A stretch of DNA of 64,000 bases from positions 576,001 to 640,000 of the forward strand of contig CBDATQ010000001.1 of the NCBI GenBank assembly GCA_965199955.1. The letters run 5' to 3'. The notes beneath the pieces are model-generated. The model had not been told where the DNA came from and ran no database searches. It saw only the letters and a list, made by a program, of their open reading frames with translations. Every line of letters starts with the position of its first letter. Within the stretch, counting starts at the first letter, position 1. This document shows positions 58,884-64,000 of the stretch, one piece after another. This DNA is from Spirochaetia bacterium. Lineage in GTDB: Bacteria > Spirochaetota > Spirochaetia > SZUA-6 > Bin103. A program made the position numbers and the translations under genes.

Positions 58884-59878
58884 TTGCGGCGCTGCGTCGC
58901 GAGCGCGGTCTGGCCGTGCTGGCGGCGGTGCTGGTGGCGCAGGCGGCGATCCTGGTGTTGACGCGGTTGCCGGGCCGCGAGGACGTACCGGAGTCGCTGC
59001 TCGCCGGCCTGGAGGCCGGAGCGGTCACTCGTATCGAGATCGAGGACGGCGCGGACGGACACGTCGTGATGGACCGCGAAGGGGACGGCTGGGTGCTGAG
59101 CGATGCCGGCGGCTACCCGGCCGACGGCACCCGCATCGCCGAGCTGCTGGACCGTCTGGCCGCCGCCCGGCGGGACCGGCTGGTGGCGCGCACCGAGGCG
59201 GGCCGGCTGGAGCTGCGCGTGGCGCCGGACGGCTTCGAGCGCCGCGTGCGCATCGACGCGGGCGCGGTCGGGTACCTGCTGTACATCGGCACCACCGCCG
59301 GCACCGGCGCCGGACACGTGCGGGTGGACGGCGAGGACGAAGTGTGGAGCGTCGACGGAATGGCGCCCTGGCAGGTGGTCGCCGACCGGTCCGATTGGGT
59401 CGATCCGATCTACCTGCGCGTCGAAGCCGATCGGATCGCCGCCTTCGAGCTGGTGAACGCGGCCGGCTCGTTCCGCTTCGAGCGGTCGGACGGGGAGTGG
59501 ACCTCGCCCGTGCCGGGCGCCGGCGAAGTCCTGGACCAGGAGCGGGTGACCGCCTTCCTGGACCGCGTGAGCACGCTGCGGATGCGCCGCCCGCTCGGCG
59601 CCGAGCCGCCCGGCGACTACCGGCTCGCCGAGCGGGCGGCGGAAGTGCGGCTCGCGCTGAGCCCGGACGAGGACGGGGAAGGGGAAGGCGGCACCCTGGA
59701 GCTCCTGATCCTGGCCGGCGGCGACGACGATTACGACTACGTCGTGAAGAGCTCCGATTCGGAGTATTATGTGGAGGTGCCGAGCTTCACGCTCGCCGAT
59801 CTGGTCAACGCCGACCGTTCGACGTTCGTGACGGAAGGCGACACGGGCGGCTCGCCGACCGGCGATTCAGCGCGGTGA
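58880..59878 (+). CDS. DUF4340 domain protein
   Basis: Single N-terminal TM; position after GldG; GYPAD and LYIG motifs. Confidence 0.75.
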   Translation: MIAALRRERGLAVLAAVLVAQAAILVLTRLPGREDVPESLLAGLEAGAVTRIEIEDGADGHVVMDREGDGWVLSDAGGYPADGTRIAELLDRLAAARRDRLVARTEAGRLELRVAPDGFERRVRIDAGAVGYLLYIGTTAGTGAGHVRVDGEDEVWSVDGMAPWQVVADRSDWVDPIYLRVEADRIAAFELVNAAGSFRFERSDGEWTSPVPGAGEVLDQERVTAFLDRVSTLRMRRPLGAEPPGDYRLAERAAEVRLALSPDEDGEGEGGTLELLILAGGDDDYDYVVKSSDSEYYVEVPSFTLADLVNADRSTFVTEGDTGGSPTGDSAR

Positions 59879-59894
59879 GCAGACGGCCGACAGA

Positions 59895-59929
59895 CATATC
59901 GGAACACATTCCATATCGGAAACACATTC
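59895..59929. repeat. Tandem 17/18-bp duplication upstream of the ALDH RBS
   Basis: CATATCGGAACACATTC followed by CATATCGGAAACACATTC. Confidence 0.8.
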
Positions 59930-59941
59930 GGAGGTAATCGA

Positions 59942-61354
59942 ATGAAGATGCATGTGGGCGGCGCCTGGGTGGATGCCGCCGAGACCATCGACGTATTGAA
60001 TCCGTTCGACGGATCGGTCGTGGACACGGTGCCGCGCGCGACCATGGGTGACGTGCAGCAGGCGCTCGCGACCGCGCAGAAGGCCGCGAAGCAGGTGGCG
60101 GCCATGACCGGCTACGAGCGCTACGAGATCCTGCACCGCGCCTCGGAGCTCATGGTCGAGCGCGCCGCCGAGCTGTCGAAGATCATCACCATGGAGGAGG
60201 GCAAGCCGGTCAGCGAGGCCGACATCGAGGTGGCGCGCGCCACCGAGATCATCGCCCTGTCCGCGGAGGAGGCCAAGCGCCTGGGCGGCGAGGTGCTGCC
60301 GCTGGACGGCGCGCCGGGCGTGCGCGACAAGGTCGGCTTCACCCTGCGCGTGCCGTGCGGGGTGGTGGTCGGCATCAGCCCGTTCAACTTTCCGCTGCAC
60401 CTGGTGTGCCACAAGGCCGGCCCCGCCTTCGCGGCCGGCAACGCTGTCATCATCAAGCCTGCGACCGACACGCCGCTGTCGGGCCTGAAGATCGTCGAGT
60501 TGCTGGTGGACGCGGGGGCCCCGCCGGAGGCCGTGCAGTGCCTGACCGGCTCCGGCGGCGAGATCGGCGACGCGCTGTGCGAGGACCCGCGCGTGCGCAA
60601 GATCACCTTCACCGGCAGCCGCGACGTGGGCGAGCACATCTGCAAGGTCGCGGGCCTGAAGAAGGTGACCATGGAGCTCGGCTCCAACGCGCCGTTCGTG
60701 GTGATGCCCGACGCCGATCCGGAGAAGGTGGCCAAGGCGGCCGCCATGTCCGGCTTCTCCAACGCCGGCCAGGTCTGCATCTCCACGCAGCGCGTGCTGG
60801 CGCACGCGGATATCTACGGCAACTTCGTGGATGCCTTCAAGGCGGAGACGGAGTCGATCAACACCGGCAACCCGCTGCACGCCGACAGCAAGATGGGGCC
60901 GATGATCCGCCAGTCCGACGCCGAGCGCGTGCACGGATGGGTCGACGAGGCGCTCACCGGTGGGGCGACGCTGGTCACCGGCGGCGAACGCGACGGGCAG
61001 GTCATGCAGCCGACCGTGGTGGAGGGCGTCCGGCCGGAGATGCGCATCTCCCGCGACGAGGTGTTCGGCCCGGTGGTCGGCATCACGCGGGTGGAAGACA
61101 TCGACCAGGCGATCGAGCTGGCCAACGACACCAACTACGGCCTGAGCGCCGCCATCTTCACCGAGAACGTGAACTGGGCCATGCAGTACGTGCGCCAGGT
61201 GGAGTCCGGCAGCATCCACGTCAACTGGGGCACCCAGTGGCGCGCCGACCTGATGCCGTACGGCGGCCTGAAGGACTCCGGCATGGGCAAGGAAGGGCCG
61301 AAGTACGCGGTCGAGGAGATGACCGAGACGAAGATGTGCGTCTTCCACCTGTAG
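59942..61354 (+). CDS. NAD(P)-dependent aldehyde dehydrogenase
   Basis: PFNFP, FTGS, ELGSN, NAGQVCIS and EVFGP motifs. Confidence 0.95.
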   Translation: MKMHVGGAWVDAAETIDVLNPFDGSVVDTVPRATMGDVQQALATAQKAAKQVAAMTGYERYEILHRASELMVERAAELSKIITMEEGKPVSEADIEVARATEIIALSAEEAKRLGGEVLPLDGAPGVRDKVGFTLRVPCGVVVGISPFNFPLHLVCHKAGPAFAAGNAVIIKPATDTPLSGLKIVELLVDAGAPPEAVQCLTGSGGEIGDALCEDPRVRKITFTGSRDVGEHICKVAGLKKVTMELGSNAPFVVMPDADPEKVAKAAAMSGFSNAGQVCISTQRVLAHADIYGNFVDAFKAETESINTGNPLHADSKMGPMIRQSDAERVHGWVDEALTGGATLVTGGERDGQVMQPTVVEGVRPEMRISRDEVFGPVVGITRVEDIDQAIELANDTNYGLSAAIFTENVNWAMQYVRQVESGSIHVNWGTQWRADLMPYGGLKDSGMGKEGPKYAVEEMTETKMCVFHL

Positions 61355-61364
61355 GGGGAACGCG

Positions 61365-61622
61365 ATGGCGGTACGCATGTACACGACGCCGAGCTGCGGC
61401 TACTGCACGCAGCTCAAGCGCTACCTGCGCGAGCGGCAGGTGAAGTTCACGGAGTACGACATCAGCCGCGACGAGCGCAAGGCGGCCGAGATCGCGCACC
61501 GCTCCCGGCAGCACGGCGTGCCGGTGCTCGACTACAACGGCACCATCGTCGTCGGCTTCGACCGCGACCGTATCGACCGCCTGATCGCCAAGGGGTACCC
61601 CAAGCGAACGGCTAAGGCTTAG
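61365..61622 (+). CDS. Glutaredoxin/NrdH-like redoxin
   Basis: YTTPSCGYC, GVPV and VGFD motifs. Confidence 0.9.
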   Translation: MAVRMYTTPSCGYCTQLKRYLRERQVKFTEYDISRDERKAAEIAHRSRQHGVPVLDYNGTIVVGFDRDRIDRLIAKGYPKRTAKA

Positions 61623-62328
61623 GGCGGCGCTGCAGGTAGCTGCGGCGCCGCTCGGGGTCGAACTTCTCGATCGCGTAGCGCAGCATTGTGCGCGGCATGC
61701 GCGCGGCGTGGCGGTCCAGGAACCGCTCCTCGGTCGCCCGGTCCCGCTTGCCGATCTCGCGCAGCATCCAGCCGACCGCCTTGTGGATCAGGTCGTGCGG
61801 GTGGTCGCGCAGCAGCTCGGCAAGCCGCAGCGTGTCCTGGAACTGCCCGGCACGGATGAAGGTGAAGGTGGCGAGCACCGCCACGCGCTGCCGCCACAGG
61901 TGACCGGAGGCCGCAAGCTCGTAGAGCACGCTGCGGTCCCGCTCCAGCAGGTGGGCGCCCAGGATGTGCGGCGCCGAACCGTCCACCAGGTCCCAACTGT
62001 TCACGGCGTCCAGATGCTCGAGGTAGAAGTCGGCGATCGTTTCTCGGTCGGCCGGTCCCGCCCGCCGGTAGCGATCGGCCAGCACGAACAGCGCGGCCTG
62101 CCGGTGCTCGTGCCAAGGGCTGGCCAGGACGTCGGCCAGGTCGGCCAGCGGCAGCTCGTGATGGCGGCGGGCGATCGCCCGCACCTCCGGGACGCGCAGC
62201 CCCAGGAAGCGGTCGCCCTCGCCGTACTCTCCCGGTCCCGTGCGAAAGAACCGCTGCAGATGCTCCGCGCGCACGGGCACCCCGGCGCCGTCCAGCGCCG
62301 CGCACAGCGCGCGTGCAGGCCTTCTCAT
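61612..62328 (-). CDS. alkD: DNA alkylation repair protein (AlkD family)
   Basis: FFRTGPGEYGEGD, SWDLVD, IHKAVGWMLRE and RYAIEK motifs. Confidence 0.9.
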   Translation of the reverse strand: MRRPARALCAALDGAGVPVRAEHLQRFFRTGPGEYGEGDRFLGLRVPEVRAIARRHHELPLADLADVLASPWHEHRQAALFVLADRYRRAGPADRETIADFYLEHLDAVNSWDLVDGSAPHILGAHLLERDRSVLYELAASGHLWRQRVAVLATFTFIRAGQFQDTLRLAELLRDHPHDLIHKAVGWMLREIGKRDRATEERFLDRHAARMPRTMLRYAIEKFDPERRRSYLQRRPKP

Positions 62329-62537
62329 CGCCGGCCGATCATAACTCGCCTACGGGCTCCATTTGAGCTTTCAAGAAGCGATGAGGTCTCTCGTGCGCTA
62401 TAGTTGCCATGAGCACTAGGCACATGATCGCTTCAGCCTCCGTTCATGCGAACGGTATGAGAGAAGCCCCGCACTACACGCGCCTCGACCCACACGATCG
62501 ACTTCCCATCTGAACGGGCGCCGGTGTCACGACTCGG

Positions 62538-62975
62538 CTACAGCAGATGCAGCGCGCGGGCTCCGACGGCGCTGCCGACGCCGATCAGCAGGCCGACAGC
62601 CACTTCCGGGATGGAGTGGCCGACGTCGTGCGAGGTTTCCGGCCGGCTCGCCTCCGGCATCGGGGCGATCATCTGGCGCAGCGCCTCCGAGTTGATCTGG
62701 ATCGCGCCGCGTACGCGGATCGCGTCGAAGATGATGATCACGCTGAACGCGCAGGCGATCGCGAACAGGTCCGATGCCACGCCGGCGCGCAGGCCGACGG
62801 CAGTTGTGAGGGTCGCGACGAAGGCGGTGTGGGAGGACGGCATCCCGCCGGCCGCGAACAGCCGGCGCCACGCGAAGGTGCGCGTGCGCACGGAGTGCGC
62901 GGCGATCTTGAAGACCTGGCACGCCACCTGGACCACGACGGCCACGAGGAGGGATGCGCTCACACCGGCCGCCAT
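62538..62975 (-). CDS. Divergent PAP2 family (DUF212) protein
   Basis: GGMPSSH, DAIRVR and GHSIPEV motifs; start 62975 or 62996. Confidence 0.88.
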   Translation of the reverse strand: MAAGVSASLLVAVVVQVACQVFKIAAHSVRTRTFAWRRLFAAGGMPSSHTAFVATLTTAVGLRAGVASDLFAIACAFSVIIIFDAIRVRGAIQINSEALRQMIAPMPEASRPETSHDVGHSIPEVAVGLLIGVGSAVGARALHLL

Positions 62976-63002
62976 CAGAACGGCGGATGCTACCATGAGC
63001 GC

Positions 63003-63968
63003 ATGGGTTCTCTGGTAGCGCTGGTCTCCCGCGGCGACTTCGCGGTCCCTCCTGACCTTGCCGAGCGGATCGCCGCGGTCGGGGGCAAGCTGCGCCGGCG
63101 CGACTGCACCAGCGGCGCGGAAGTGGTCGACACCGCGCGCGGCGCGCCGGTCGTCTGGGTGTTCGGCGGGGGGCGCCTGATCACCGACGCCGTGCTCGCG
63201 GAGTTGCCCGACTGCCGCCTGATCGTTCGCAGCGGCAGCGGCACGGACAACATCCCGGTCGCCGCGGCGCGTGCACGCGGCATCGCCGTCGGCAACACGC
63301 CGGAGGCGACCCGCGACGTGGTGGCCGACCACACGATCGGCGTGCTCATCGCCCGGCACCGCCGCATCGTTCTCAAGGACCGCCAGATCCGCCGGGGGAT
63401 TTACTCCCAGGACAATCCGCAGACCGGCCCGGCGCTGGCCGGCATGACCCTGGGCCTGATCGGCTTCGGCCACATCGGCGCGGCGGTCGCCGCCCGCGCG
63501 GCGCCGTTCGGGTTGCGAGTGCTGGCGACCGATCCGGTCAGGAGCGGCGCGGAGATCCGTGCCGGCGGCGCGGAGCCCGTCGAGCTGGACGCGCTCCTGC
63601 GCACCAGCGACTTTGTGTCGCTCCACGTCCCGCTGCTTGCCAGCACCACGGCGCTGATCGGCGCGCGCGAGCTCGCCGCGATGCAGCCGCACGCGATCCT
63701 GATCAACACGTCGCGCGGCAAGGTCGTCGATCAGGAGGCCCTGATCGACGCGCTGCAATCCGGGCGGATCGCTGGCGCCGCGCTCGACGTGTTCGACCCG
63801 GAGCCGCTGCCGCCCGACAGCCCGCTGATCGGCATGGAGCAGGTGGTGCTCACACCGCACACCGCCGGCTCCGGCGCCGCGATGATCCGTCGATTCTGGG
63901 AGGACTCGATTACGACCATCGGCCACTTCCTGCGCACCGGCCGGCCGCGGTGGGAAGTGATCGCGTAG
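63003..63968 (+). CDS. D-isomer specific 2-hydroxyacid dehydrogenase
   Basis: GLIGFGHIG, LINTSRG, LDVFDPEP and TPHTAG motifs. Confidence 0.93.
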   Translation: MGSLVALVSRGDFAVPPDLAERIAAVGGKLRRRDCTSGAEVVDTARGAPVVWVFGGGRLITDAVLAELPDCRLIVRSGSGTDNIPVAAARARGIAVGNTPEATRDVVADHTIGVLIARHRRIVLKDRQIRRGIYSQDNPQTGPALAGMTLGLIGFGHIGAAVAARAAPFGLRVLATDPVRSGAEIRAGGAEPVELDALLRTSDFVSLHVPLLASTTALIGARELAAMQPHAILINTSRGKVVDQEALIDALQSGRIAGAALDVFDPEPLPPDSPLIGMEQVVLTPHTAGSGAAMIRRFWEDSITTIGHFLRTGRPRWEVIA

Positions 63969-64000
63969 GCGCTCCGGCGCGCGGTCTCTACAGGAGCGCG

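Overview
High-GC bacterial chromosomal window, probably from a diderm (it has TolC-family and LPS heptose genes). Most of it is metabolic and housekeeping genes: a P450, XdhC/MocA, SDRs, Gfo/Idh/MocA oxidoreductases, PhyH dioxygenases, PLP enzymes, a two-component system, two TolC proteins, glutamate dehydrogenase, a Gld-like ABC exporter, an aldehyde dehydrogenase and AlkD. A visibly lower-GC accessory/defence island spans about 33.6-47.45 kb. It carries a type I-G (I-U) CRISPR-Cas locus (csb1-csb2-cas3-csb3-cas4-cas1-cas2, a leader, and 34 repeats of 37 bp with 33 spacers). The locus is flanked by decayed toxin-antitoxin and nuclease genes (FitA/VapC-like remnant, DUF3782-like pseudogene, Uma2 fragment) and an AAA_14/DUF4143 ATPase. 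cas1 has an internal frameshifting deletion where a catalytic motif is expected, so spacer acquisition looks dead. csb1 has a +1 frameshift that, like two others in the window, may be a sequencing error. Other signals are an unexplained ~270-nt highly structured intergenic element after gdh, many leaderless-type promoters, a duplicated promoter, and an extreme AT-rich palindromic patch. All calls come from reading motifs by eye; no searches were run.
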